Source of the DNA: Abditibacteriaceae bacterium
GTDB lineage: Bacteria > Armatimonadota > Abditibacteriia > Abditibacteriales > Abditibacteriaceae
Length of the DNA: 64,000 nucleotides
Assembly (NCBI GenBank): GCA_965277285.1
Contig: OZ255721.1
Coordinates: forward strand, 896,001-960,000
Direction of reading: 5' to 3'
Within the stretch, counting starts at the first letter, position 1, and the number at the start of each line of letters is the position of its first letter. The notes beneath the pieces are model-generated. The model had not been told where the DNA came from and did no database searches. It saw nothing but the letters and a program-made list of their open reading frames with translations. Positions 48,458 to 58,186 of the stretch are shown here, one piece after another. Position numbers and translations under genes: made by a program.

Positions 48458-48537
48458 GCTCGGCTCCTTTAGGACATTCGAGTACTCGATTTGGCTGCGC
48501 ACAGTTTGACAAAACTGAACCGCCAGGACGTCAATTT

Positions 48538-48627
48538 GTAGGGGCGAGGCGCTGCCTCGCCCGCATCGGTTGCACCTTCACATTAGATTGAGCCAAAAGT
48601 TCGGGCGAGGCAGCGCCTCGCCCCTAC
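48538..48627. repeat. GTAG-type REP doublet
   Basis: GTAGGGGCGAGGCGCTGCCTCGCCC plus inverted copy. Confidence 0.85.
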
Positions 48628-48658
48628 AAGTCATGGGAAACTGCGGTTAACTTCAGTT

Positions 48659-49744
48659 ATGGCTTTTTCCTCCGACGAAACCCTGCCCGACCCGACACCC
48701 AACATCGACCTGGCGCGAAACGCATTCAACGCGTTTCTCGATGCGACACCCAAAGACGCGCGCGTCGTTTGCCTGCATGACAACGACGCCGATGGCATTG
48801 CGGCTGGCGTTGTGTGGCAGCGCGCGATAGAGCGCCTCGAGTACTCGAACTGTGTGCGCGTCGTGCCCGACCGCGAGCGCAACGCCTGGACAAGCGAAAA
48901 CCAACGGCGTGTGCGCGAACAAAATCCCGACGCGCTGTTTGTGCTCGATCTGGGAAATCAGCCCGCCGATGTCGTCGAAAATGTTCGCACCTGCTTCGTC
49001 GATCATCATCGTCCGGGACAAACGCGAGCCGATCAAACCTTGATTTCCGCTTATTCGTGGAATCCGGTTCCCAACACGTCGCTCATCGTTTACGATTTGT
49101 TTTCCAATTTGGTTGACATCACAGATTTGGATTGGATTGCCGCTGTCGGAACGTTTTCCGATTTGGGCGAACGCGCGCCGTTTGAACTTGTCGAAACGAC
49201 CAAGAAGAAATATACGGCGAAATGGCTCAAAGAAGCCACAGCTTTGGTCAATGCGACGCGGCGCGCTTCGCAATCAAATCCCGAAGCCGGAGCGCGCGCT
49301 TTGCTCAAGTTCAGTTCGCCCAAAGAATTGTGCTTGTCGGACGACGAAGACGTTTTGCAAATGAAAGCGGCGCGCGAGGAAGTGAAAGTGGCATTGAACG
49401 AAGCCAAAAAAGGGGCGCCGATTTTCGCCGGACAAGTCGCTCTGATTCGCGTGCATTCGCGCTGCCAGATTCATCCTTTAATCGCGCAAATCTGGCGCGG
49501 ACGCTTGCCCAAATACATCGTCATCGCGGCCAACGAAGGTTATATGGAAGGTCGCGTCAATTTTTCGGCTCGTTCGGGCAACGACACCAACGTTTTGCAA
49601 TTTTTGCGCGGAGTGGAAATCAGCGACGGCGAAGGCAACTTCGGTCACGGTCACGATGGCGCAAGTGGCGGAAGTTTGCCACCCGCGCGCTGGAACGAAT
49701 TGCTCGCTAAACTCGGCTTTGCACCGGATATTTTTGCGCGTTAA
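48659..49744 (+). CDS. DHH family phosphoesterase (RecJ-like)
   Basis: HDNDADG, VDHH, FSARS and GHGHDGASG. Confidence 0.85.
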   Translation: MAFSSDETLPDPTPNIDLARNAFNAFLDATPKDARVVCLHDNDADGIAAGVVWQRAIERLEYSNCVRVVPDRERNAWTSENQRRVREQNPDALFVLDLGNQPADVVENVRTCFVDHHRPGQTRADQTLISAYSWNPVPNTSLIVYDLFSNLVDITDLDWIAAVGTFSDLGERAPFELVETTKKKYTAKWLKEATALVNATRRASQSNPEAGARALLKFSSPKELCLSDDEDVLQMKAAREEVKVALNEAKKGAPIFAGQVALIRVHSRCQIHPLIAQIWRGRLPKYIVIAANEGYMEGRVNFSARSGNDTNVLQFLRGVEISDGEGNFGHGHDGASGGSLPPARWNELLAKLGFAPDIFAR

Positions 49745-50246
49745 ATCGGGAATCGAGTACTCGAATGGCGATTATTTTTACATTTCACTTTTGCTGTCGC
49801 CACCGTTTTACCTGATCTGGCTTGCGCGACACGAAGACGCAAAGTCTCCGTCGGCGTGGAAAGTCTTTTTTTGCATCGTTGCATCGATTCCTCTCGCTTT
49901 TTTCTTATGGGCGACAACGATAAGCTTCAGCTACGAAGGAACCAATTCGCTGGTATGGCTTTTTCACGTTGTCAACACTGCGATTGTGCTTTCTTGCTTC
50001 CTTGGCAAGAAGCTGTGGCAGATGCTGTTTGTCCTGACGATTTTCACTTGGGGTTTATATGGCTTTCATATGTTCTTGGCTGGATCTCCTTCTTACACCG
50101 ACAGCCCCGAAGGACGCGTTCGTAGTACGAACTGGAGAAATGCTTCTCTGAAGAGTCAAGGCAAACCGCTTCTGCCCGCAGTGAGTTTTTCTCCGACGTG
50201 GCACACGTTTTTGACGCATCTTTACGCGGTGCATCCAAAATCCTGA
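49656..50246 (+). CDS. Hypothetical membrane protein (true start probably downstream of 49744)
   Basis: Several hydrophobic segments; start unresolved. Confidence 0.4.
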   Translation: MAQVAEVCHPRAGTNCSLNSALHRIFLRVKSGIEYSNGDYFYISLLLSPPFYLIWLARHEDAKSPSAWKVFFCIVASIPLAFFLWATTISFSYEGTNSLVWLFHVVNTAIVLSCFLGKKLWQMLFVLTIFTWGLYGFHMFLAGSPSYTDSPEGRVRSTNWRNASLKSQGKPLLPAVSFSPTWHTFLTHLYAVHPKS

Positions 50247-50369
50247 TTCGAGTACTCGATGAAGCATTTTCCATGAGAAAGTTCTTAAAGTTTGCATGGC
50301 GCACTGTCGTAAAAAGCGGCTTATGGTAGTGTATAGACGACGAAACTTCTTGTTTTCACAAGGACAACC

Positions 50370-50987
50370 ATGACCATTTCCCTTTCAACACGTTCTTCTT
50401 CGGCTCGCCTGCGCGCCACTTTATTGTGCGCCACGCTCACGACGGGCGTTTTTTCCGTTGCTTCGGCGCCCGCGCGCGCCGATTCGTCCGCGACCAAAGC
50501 CGCCAAGTTCGCGTCCGGCCCCGGCGTCATACTTTATCTCGCCAGCAGCGTGGCGTTGCCTTTGATCGATGGCGATGAGCATGCGACGCAGCATTCGTTG
50601 CGCACGGCGGACGCGATTTTGACCAGTTCCATCATTACCGAAGGATTGAAGCGCGTTTTCCGCGAAAAGCGTCCCGACAACAACGAGCGCAACAGTTTCC
50701 CCAGCGGACACGCGACCGCCGCTTTCGCCGCCGCGACGATGGCCAGCTATTATCATCCTCGGCAGAGCGCCTTGTGGTATACCGGCGCGACTTTGATCGC
50801 GCTTTCGCGCCTGCAACTGCATCGTCATTACGTGCAAGATGTCGTGGCGGGCGGCCTGATCGGTTACGGCGTGGCGCGCTTTGAAATCAAACAACCGCAC
50901 GGTTTGCTGTTGTCGCCTTTCATCAAAGCGGACGAAGGTAGCGACAATCGTCATCGCATGGGTTTCGCGCTCAGCGGCAATTTCTAA
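50370..50987 (+). CDS. PAP2 family phosphatase
   Basis: K....RP, SFPSGH and SR....H...D. Confidence 0.9.
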   Translation: MTISLSTRSSSARLRATLLCATLTTGVFSVASAPARADSSATKAAKFASGPGVILYLASSVALPLIDGDEHATQHSLRTADAILTSSIITEGLKRVFREKRPDNNERNSFPSGHATAAFAAATMASYYHPRQSALWYTGATLIALSRLQLHRHYVQDVVAGGLIGYGVARFEIKQPHGLLLSPFIKADEGSDNRHRMGFALSGNF

Positions 50988-51001
50988 TTCGAGTACTCGA
51001 T

Positions 51002-51406
51002 ATGAAACCCCACATCAGTTTGGTGACGCTGGGCGTGCGCGACCTGGAAAAAGCGACCGCGTTCTACCGCGCTTTAGGCTGGCAAACGCACGGCGATTTC
51101 GGTGGCGTGAGTTTTTTCGAGTTGAAAGGCGCGTGGCTGTCACTTTATCCGCGCGACGATTTGGCGCGCGTTGCGGAAGTTTCCAGCGAAGGCGACGGTT
51201 TTCGCGCTTTCACCCTCGCGCATAACGTCGCGTCCAAAGAAGAAGTTGATGTCGTTTTGCAACTCGCGCAAAGCGTCGGAGCGACAATCCAGAAGACGGC
51301 GCGCGATGCAGAATGGGGCGGCTATTCTGGCTATTTCGCTGATTTGGACGGCTTTTTGTGGGAAGTCGCATGGAATCCTTATCTCGATTTGACCAAGCCA
51401 GAATGA
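51002..51406 (+). CDS. VOC/glyoxalase family protein
   Basis: VTLGVRDL, TLAHNV and WGGYSGYFADLDG.LWEVAWNP. Confidence 0.92.
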   Translation: MKPHISLVTLGVRDLEKATAFYRALGWQTHGDFGGVSFFELKGAWLSLYPRDDLARVAEVSSEGDGFRAFTLAHNVASKEEVDVVLQLAQSVGATIQKTARDAEWGGYSGYFADLDGFLWEVAWNPYLDLTKPE

Positions 51407-51448
51407 CATTTCAAATTGACGCGTAGAGCGCCGCATCGAGTACTCGAT

Positions 51449-51477
51449 TTGACAAAAAGACGCGCGCGCCGTATAAT
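51449..51477 (+). promoter_or_regulatory. Consensus sigma70 promoter of the pyr operon
   Basis: TTGACA (51449-51454) -17 bp- TATAAT (51472-51477). Confidence 0.9.
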
Positions 51478-51485
51478 TCTTGTGA

Positions 51486-51594
51486 CCTTTTAAGCGCGTC
51501 CCGTGAGGTGCGCAAAGGCACGCCATGAAAACTAATAACTTTAATTTAAGCCTTCTGGCTTCGCCTTCGCGCGAAGTTGGGAGGCTTTTTCTTT
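51486..51594 (+). ncRNA. PyrR-binding attenuator leader
   Basis: CCTTTTAA...GTCCCGTGAGG...AAAGG binding stem-loop followed by a terminator ending in a T-tract, directly before pyrR. Confidence 0.8.
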
Positions 51595-51596
51595 AA

Positions 51597-52166
<570 letters not shown>

Positions 52167-52169
52167 CCA

Positions 52170-52268
52170 TGGATAAACACGGATACGCACAGATGCTTTT
52201 AGATTCCACATTATCGAGTACTCGATTCATCTCCTTTTATCTGTGTTCATCCGTGTTTATCTGTGGTT
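52170..52268. repeat. ACACGGAT-type imperfect inverted repeat enclosing one TCGAGTACTCGA
   Basis: GATAAACACGGAT ... ATCCGTGTTTATC; similar element at about 9760-9875. Confidence 0.6.
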
Positions 52269-52277
52269 AAAAACAAA

Positions 52278-53207
52278 ATGAAGAAGCTCAATCGAAAACA
52301 CGTTTTAGGCTTGCAGGATTGGACGCGGGACGAAATCAATCTCGTGCTCGACACGGCGCACAATTTCAAAGATGTGCTGGCGCGCCCGATTCGCAAAGTT
52401 CCCGCTTTGCGCGGCAAGGTCGTCTGCACCCTGTTCTTTGAACCGAGTACTCGAACTCGCGCTTCGTTTGAAACCGCCGCGAAGATTTTGAGCGCCGAAA
52501 CTTCGTCTTTAACGGTCGCGGCGTCCAGCGTCAGCAAAGGCGAAACGCTCAAAGACACGATTTTGACGATGCAGGCGATGGGCGTCGATTGTTTCGTCAT
52601 TCGCCATCCGCAAAGCGGCGCGCCCGAACTGGCGACCAAATACGTGCGCGGCTCGGTCTTAAATGCGGGCGATGGTTGCCACGAACATCCGACGCAAGGC
52701 TTGCTCGATTTGCTGACGATCCGCGACCACAAAGGCGTAATCGGCGGCCTCAACGTGACGATCATCGGCGATTTGCGACATTCGCGCGTCGCACGCAGCG
52801 GACTTTGGGGGCTTTTGCATTGCGGCGCGAACGTGACATTATGTGGCCCGGAAACGTTGCTGCCGCGCGAGTTCGAAGGCTACGGCGCGAAGCTGGAAAC
52901 CGATTGCGACCGCGCCGTTGAAGGCGCCGATGTCGTGATGACGTTGCGCTTGCAAAACGAACGCATGAACGGCGTTTATCTGCCGAACACGCGCGAATTT
53001 GCCCGACTTTACGGCATGAATGAACGGCGTTTAAGCCGCGCGAAAAGTGATGCGATTGTGATGCATCCTGGCCCGATCAATCGCGGCGTCGAGATTTCCA
53101 GCGACTTGGCCGATTCTCCGCGCAGCGTCATCTTAGAGCAAGTCACCAACGGCGTCGCGGTGCGCATGGCGCTGTTGTATTTGCTGTTGGGCGGCGAGGA
53201 AGCCTGA
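52278..53207 (+). CDS. pyrB: Aspartate carbamoyltransferase catalytic subunit
   Basis: FFEPSTRT, HEHPTQ, RLQNER and MHPGP. Confidence 0.97.
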   Translation: MKKLNRKHVLGLQDWTRDEINLVLDTAHNFKDVLARPIRKVPALRGKVVCTLFFEPSTRTRASFETAAKILSAETSSLTVAASSVSKGETLKDTILTMQAMGVDCFVIRHPQSGAPELATKYVRGSVLNAGDGCHEHPTQGLLDLLTIRDHKGVIGGLNVTIIGDLRHSRVARSGLWGLLHCGANVTLCGPETLLPREFEGYGAKLETDCDRAVEGADVVMTLRLQNERMNGVYLPNTREFARLYGMNERRLSRAKSDAIVMHPGPINRGVEISSDLADSPRSVILEQVTNGVAVRMALLYLLLGGEEA

Positions 53208-53229
53208 GGAATGGAGAAAATTAACGGTT

Positions 53230-53658
53230 ATGTATCCGAAGTTTTCTGCACCTTTAAGTCTGGTTGTTGCGATTATATTGCTGTTAGCGCACGGGCTTTT
53301 ATTAATGGCGACATCTTGGTTCTTTCAAAGCCAGTACCGTTCTTTTTGGTTCAGCTTCTCGCAAGCGCTCGCAGTGTTTGGAGGAACGATTGTTCTCGGT
53401 CTTGCATTGCTCAATAAGCGGAAATGGGCTTGGTGGACAACAATTTTTGTCATCCCGCTCCTGTGCTCTTACGAAATGCGTTTATTGGCAGTGCCGATGG
53501 TTTTCAATCTCCTAAATTTGCTTTTCTCGGGATTTGAAACGGAGAACCGCGCACTCTTATGTGTTATGACAGGCGGGACATTGTTGATGACGATTAGCTT
53601 TGTGCTGCTCTGGAGTGAGGAAGTCCGCACAGAATTACAAATCAAAAAGAACAAATGA
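53230..53658 (+). CDS. Hypothetical four-TM membrane protein inserted in the pyr operon
   Basis: Hydrophobic ORF, AT-richer than flanks. Confidence 0.55.
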   Translation: MYPKFSAPLSLVVAIILLLAHGLLLMATSWFFQSQYRSFWFSFSQALAVFGGTIVLGLALLNKRKWAWWTTIFVIPLLCSYEMRLLAVPMVFNLLNLLFSGFETENRALLCVMTGGTLLMTISFVLLWSEEVRTELQIKKNK

Positions 53659-53783
53659 AAATTTTAATTAAAAACGGTCGAGTACTCGATCCTTCGCAAA
53701 ACCTGAATAAAATCGCCGATGTACTGATTCGCAACGGCGTCATTGAAAAATCGGTGCAAAACGTAATGCGGACGGAAATTTGA
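53655..53783 (+). pseudogene. Duplicated, frameshifted 5' fragment of pyrC
   Basis: MKILIKNGRVLDPSQNLNKIADVLIRNGVIEK matches the pyrC start; one A is missing after IEK. Confidence 0.9.
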
Positions 53784-53875
53784 GCCGAGCTCGCAGAACT
53801 GACGTTTCAGATAGCTTTTAATAAAGCGAACTTCAACGTGCGCATAATCCGCAGCATTGGGAGAAGAGGTCGATA

Positions 53876-54805
53876 ATGAGAAAACTCGTGATGATACCTT
53901 TATTATTTGCGCTGTCGCTTTGTGCACCAGTTTTTGCTTCCACTGAAGTCACTACGCCTTCGGCGCGTGTCTCATCTTATGTGGAGAACGTTCGTCAGGG
54001 AAAAATTGACGAAGATGATTTTCTTGCTGTTATACCGGCGAACGGGGTTATTGGCGAACTAAAAAAATACGTTAAGGACCCCAATAAAAAAGTTCGTGAA
54101 GAAGTTTTTAAGAAGATATTGGCTGCACGACGATGTGCGGTTGAGAGTGGCGATAAGCCAAGCGCAAATGAAGCAGTGGAAATCACATTAGATGCTTTGA
54201 AAGGTGAAAAAGACCTCGGGCTAAGACGCCATTTTTTGGAGGATCTGCAGTTCCTACCACCTTCAGCATTTTCTCCTCGTGCCAAGAAAGCCATAAATAA
54301 TATGCTGCAGAAGGAAAACTACAACCCAGCACTCATCCGTCTCGCAGGAACAGCACGCTCGCTTGAATCCGTGAAAATATTGAAGAATATCGCAGGATAT
54401 TCAGCCACTCCGCTTAGTGATTCTGACGAGCTTCGCCAGGCAGCAGTCACGGCCTTAGCCAGTCTGGGCGAAAAGTTTTACATTCAGGTTCTCCTTGCAG
54501 CCATTGACAGAGAAACAGATTCTCTTCGTCTTCTCAGGCTTCTGCATGAGATTTCGTTAACTCGACAACCCGAAGCCGTTCAGGTTCTCTGCAAGTACAC
54601 CTTTTCTCAACAGCGCGTTCCGAGTGTGATCGACGGTCTGGAAGGCACCAAGATAGCGGCTTATGTTGTCGATTATCTTTCGTTCACTGCCAAAGATGTT
54701 CCTATAGAAAATGGTAATCCCGCTGGAAATACAAACGAAGACATCCAAAGGGTGCAACAATGGATTCAAAAAGTTGGCGTTAGCAACATTTTAATTAAGC
54801 AATAG
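53876..54805 (+). CDS. Secreted HEAT-repeat-like hypothetical protein
   Basis: GAGG RBS, signal peptide, LRQAAVTALASLG; AT-richer. Confidence 0.65.
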   Translation: MRKLVMIPLLFALSLCAPVFASTEVTTPSARVSSYVENVRQGKIDEDDFLAVIPANGVIGELKKYVKDPNKKVREEVFKKILAARRCAVESGDKPSANEAVEITLDALKGEKDLGLRRHFLEDLQFLPPSAFSPRAKKAINNMLQKENYNPALIRLAGTARSLESVKILKNIAGYSATPLSDSDELRQAAVTALASLGEKFYIQVLLAAIDRETDSLRLLRLLHEISLTRQPEAVQVLCKYTFSQQRVPSVIDGLEGTKIAAYVVDYLSFTAKDVPIENGNPAGNTNEDIQRVQQWIQKVGVSNILIKQ

Positions 54806-54932
54806 AAGGATTTGGCAACAGGCTGCATTTTCGATTTTGTCTGTTGTGATTTGCGCAGTTTAGCAAGCGCTTCTGCTGCCTTTGGAAGTCCAGCATGTCG
54901 CCCGAATAATATCAGCAAAATTTAAATCACAA

Positions 54933-56240
54933 ATGAATCTCTTAATCAAAAACGGTCGAGTACTCGATCCTTCGCAAAACCTGGATAAAGTCGCGGATAT
55001 ATTAATTCGTAACGGCGTCATTGAAAAAATCGGCGCCAACCTCGAAGTCGCCGACATTCGAGTACTCAATGCGCGCGATTGCGTCGTCGCGCCTGGATTG
55101 GTTGACATTCATGTTCACGGGCGCACGCCAGGTCAGGAATATAAGGAAGACACGGCGTCTTTGACCGAAGCGGCGGCGCGCGGCGGCGTCACGACGTGTT
55201 GCGTGATGCCGAACACGATTCCAACGATTGACCGGCGCAGCGTTGTCGAAGACGTTTTAAGTCGCGCGAAAACTGAAGGCAATGGCGTGCGCATTTTGCC
55301 GATTGCCAGCGTTTCGATTGACGCGAAAAACGAGCAACTGGCGGAAATGGCGGAACTGAAAAGTTGCGGCGCGGTCGCCGTTTCGGACGACGCGTTTCCA
55401 ATGCAGGACAGCGATTTCATGCGCCGCGTTTTTCAATATGCCAAGACCTGCGGCTTGGTCACGATGCTGCATTGCGAAGATATTTCGCTGACCGGCGGCG
55501 GACACGCGGGCGTTGGCAAAGGTGGCGGCGTGATGAACGAAGGCGTCGTTTCCAACGAAATGGGCTTGCGTGGGATGCCGCGCGTGTCCGAAGAATTGGC
55601 GGTTTTCAAAGCCTGCGCAATTGCGCGCGAAGTCGGCAACCGCATTCACATTTTGCACACGACAACCAAAGGCGCCGTCGAAACGATTCGTCGCGCCAAA
55701 GCCGACGGCGTTCAAGTCACAGCCGAAGTTTGCCCGCATCATTTCGCCTTGACCGACGAAGCGTGTCGCGGCTACAACACCAACGCCAAGATGAACCCGC
55801 CACTGCGACTTCAAGAAGATGTCGAGGCGTTGATTCAAGGCTTGCGCGACGGAACCATCGACTGCATTGCGACCGATCACGCGCCGCACGCCGCGCACGA
55901 AAAAGAACGCGAGTTCGACAACGCGCCATTTGGCATCATTGGCGTGGAAACGATGCTGGCCACGACCTTGAAATATTTGGTTGAACCCGGACATTTGATA
56001 TTGAATCAAGCGATTGAAAAAATGACGTTCGCGTCATGTCGAGTACTCGATCTCAAGTTTGGAACGCTGACAGAAGGCGCCGCAGCCGATTTAGTCGTTT
56101 TCAATCCCGACACAAAATGGACGCTTGAAGCGCGAAAACTGGCGAGCAAATCGAAGAACACACCGTTCGATGGAGTGGAAATGCTGGGACAAGTTCGCGC
56201 AACGATTGTCGGTGGAAACGTGGTTTATGTCAGCGAATAA
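54933..56240 (+). CDS. pyrC: Dihydroorotase
   Basis: PGLVDIHVH, MPNT, EVCPHH, KMNPPLR and ATDHAPH. Confidence 0.96.
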   Translation: MNLLIKNGRVLDPSQNLDKVADILIRNGVIEKIGANLEVADIRVLNARDCVVAPGLVDIHVHGRTPGQEYKEDTASLTEAAARGGVTTCCVMPNTIPTIDRRSVVEDVLSRAKTEGNGVRILPIASVSIDAKNEQLAEMAELKSCGAVAVSDDAFPMQDSDFMRRVFQYAKTCGLVTMLHCEDISLTGGGHAGVGKGGGVMNEGVVSNEMGLRGMPRVSEELAVFKACAIAREVGNRIHILHTTTKGAVETIRRAKADGVQVTAEVCPHHFALTDEACRGYNTNAKMNPPLRLQEDVEALIQGLRDGTIDCIATDHAPHAAHEKEREFDNAPFGIIGVETMLATTLKYLVEPGHLILNQAIEKMTFASCRVLDLKFGTLTEGAAADLVVFNPDTKWTLEARKLASKSKNTPFDGVEMLGQVRATIVGGNVVYVSE

Positions 56241-56337
56241 ATTCGCCGCCAGAGAAAGGTGTCGGTCTTCACCGACACAGTTTCAAGTACGTTGTGTCAA
56301 CGAAGGTTGACAACTTTCTCTGGCGGCGAATTTATTC
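56236..56337. repeat. Intergenic inverted repeat
   Basis: GAATAAATTCGCCGCCAGAGAAAG ... CTTTCTCTGGCGGCGAATTTATTC. Confidence 0.75.
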
Positions 56338-56363
56338 GCTGGCCAACTGAAAAGGAACACGCC

Positions 56364-58043
56364 ATGATTGAAGTTCAAGCCCCAATTACAGCCGTCACGG
56401 TTTACACCGACCGCGCGCAAATCACGCGCAAAGGGCGCGTCATGTTCGACAAAGACGGCGCGCAGGAGTTGGAGATCAGCAGTTTGCCTTATGGGATGGA
56501 GGCCGATTCGCTGCGCGCTTCAGGTCGCGGCCAAATTGCCGTCACGATTATTAGTGTGGAAAGCAAAATGCGTTTTCTCAACGAAACGGCGCACGAAGGC
56601 ACGCGCACAGTTCAAGACCAGTTGCGCGAGTTGCAAGACCGCGACAACGTTCTGGTGCGGCGCGACGAAGTGCTGGCGCAACGCTTGGGAAGTGTGCAGC
56701 AATTGTCGGATAGCGCGGCTTCGCGTTTTGCGCGCGGCCTGGCTGAAGGCAAAACGTCGCTGGAAAGCGCACAGCAATTACTCGATTTCGTAGCGGCGCA
56801 AACCACGCAGATCAAGGAAGAACGATTTCAAATCGAACGCGAACGCCGCGATTTGATTGCGCAGTTGAACGCCTTGAAAGAACAAGTCGCGCAACTGCAT
56901 CCCTCAAATCGCAAGCGCGACAACTTTGTCAGCGTCAGTGTTGAAGCACAAAGTGCGGGCGAGTGGGAACTCGAACTTTCCTACACTGTGCCCATGGCCA
57001 GTTGGAGGCCTTTATACGACGCGCGCTTGACGACGCAAGGTGTTACGGCGAACCTTCAATCGAGTACTGGATTGCCGCAAAATGCTTCCGGCAACGACGA
57101 TTTCGACCGCGTTTTAACGCTCAATTACGGCGCGATGCTGAATCAGAAAACTGGCGAAGACTGGAACGAAGTCGCGCTGACGCTTTCGACCGCGCGCCCA
57201 GGATTGGGAAGTTTGCCGCCCAAACTCGACCCGACTTACGTGGATGTTTACGCGCCACCGATGCCACGTGCTGCTGCACCAATGGCATCTCGCAAGCGTG
57301 CAACTACGGAAGGTGAGAGTGGAGAATTCGATGAAAGTATCGACGAAATGTTAGGTATGCTCAAGCCAGTTGAAGCGAACCCCGCACGACGCGTCGAAGC
57401 GCAAACTGCAACAGCCGCAGTCGAGGAACATGGCGCGACGGTCACGTTTCGCTTGCCGCGCCCGATGAGTGTTCCGTCCGATGGGCAGCCGCATCGCGCG
57501 CAGGTTGCGACGCAGGATTTGCCGTGCAAACTCGATTTCGTCAGCGTGCCGCGTCGTGCCAGCCTGGGGTTTCTGCGCGCGACGACGCGTAACGATAGCG
57601 CGCTCAATCTGCTGCCTGGCAAAGCCAACATTTTCCGCGACGGCGAATTTGCGGGCAGCACCCAATTGGAATCCGTCGCACCGGCGCAAGAGTTCAAGCT
57701 GTTTCTGGGGCCGGATGAACAAGTGCGCGTCGAGCGCGAAATGACGGCGCGCGAAGTCGAAAAAAACCTGATGGGAAACGTGCGGCGCCATCATTTTTCT
57801 TACGTCATCAAACTGGAAAATTTGAAAACCTTTCCGGTTCGCCTGACAGTTCTCGATCAGATTCCAGTCAGCCGCAACGAAACGATCAAGGTGAAATTGC
57901 GCGAAACGAATCCCGCGCCACAAACCAACGAGATGGGCGAATTGCGCTGGGAACTGGTTTTACAACCCAACAGCAAAAGCGAATTGCGCTTCGAGTACTC
58001 GATTGAAGCGCCCCGTGATGCGCGCGTAACAGGTTTGGACTAA
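56364..58043 (+). CDS. DUF4140/DUF4139 (MuiA-like) protein
   Basis: VTVYTDRAQITR, WRPLYDAR, QKTGEDW..V.LTLST and DQIPVS. Confidence 0.85.
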   Translation: MIEVQAPITAVTVYTDRAQITRKGRVMFDKDGAQELEISSLPYGMEADSLRASGRGQIAVTIISVESKMRFLNETAHEGTRTVQDQLRELQDRDNVLVRRDEVLAQRLGSVQQLSDSAASRFARGLAEGKTSLESAQQLLDFVAAQTTQIKEERFQIERERRDLIAQLNALKEQVAQLHPSNRKRDNFVSVSVEAQSAGEWELELSYTVPMASWRPLYDARLTTQGVTANLQSSTGLPQNASGNDDFDRVLTLNYGAMLNQKTGEDWNEVALTLSTARPGLGSLPPKLDPTYVDVYAPPMPRAAAPMASRKRATTEGESGEFDESIDEMLGMLKPVEANPARRVEAQTATAAVEEHGATVTFRLPRPMSVPSDGQPHRAQVATQDLPCKLDFVSVPRRASLGFLRATTRNDSALNLLPGKANIFRDGEFAGSTQLESVAPAQEFKLFLGPDEQVRVEREMTAREVEKNLMGNVRRHHFSYVIKLENLKTFPVRLTVLDQIPVSRNETIKVKLRETNPAPQTNEMGELRWELVLQPNSKSELRFEYSIEAPRDARVTGLD

Positions 58044-58186
58044 TCGCCGCACTTTGTCATTCTGAGCACAGCGAAGAATCTATTTGAAGTTAGATTCTTC
58101 GCTGCGCTCAGAATGACAAACTCCTACTTTCGAGTACTCGATTTCTCTGTGAACTTTGTGTTCTCTGTGGTTAATCAAAAACAAAA

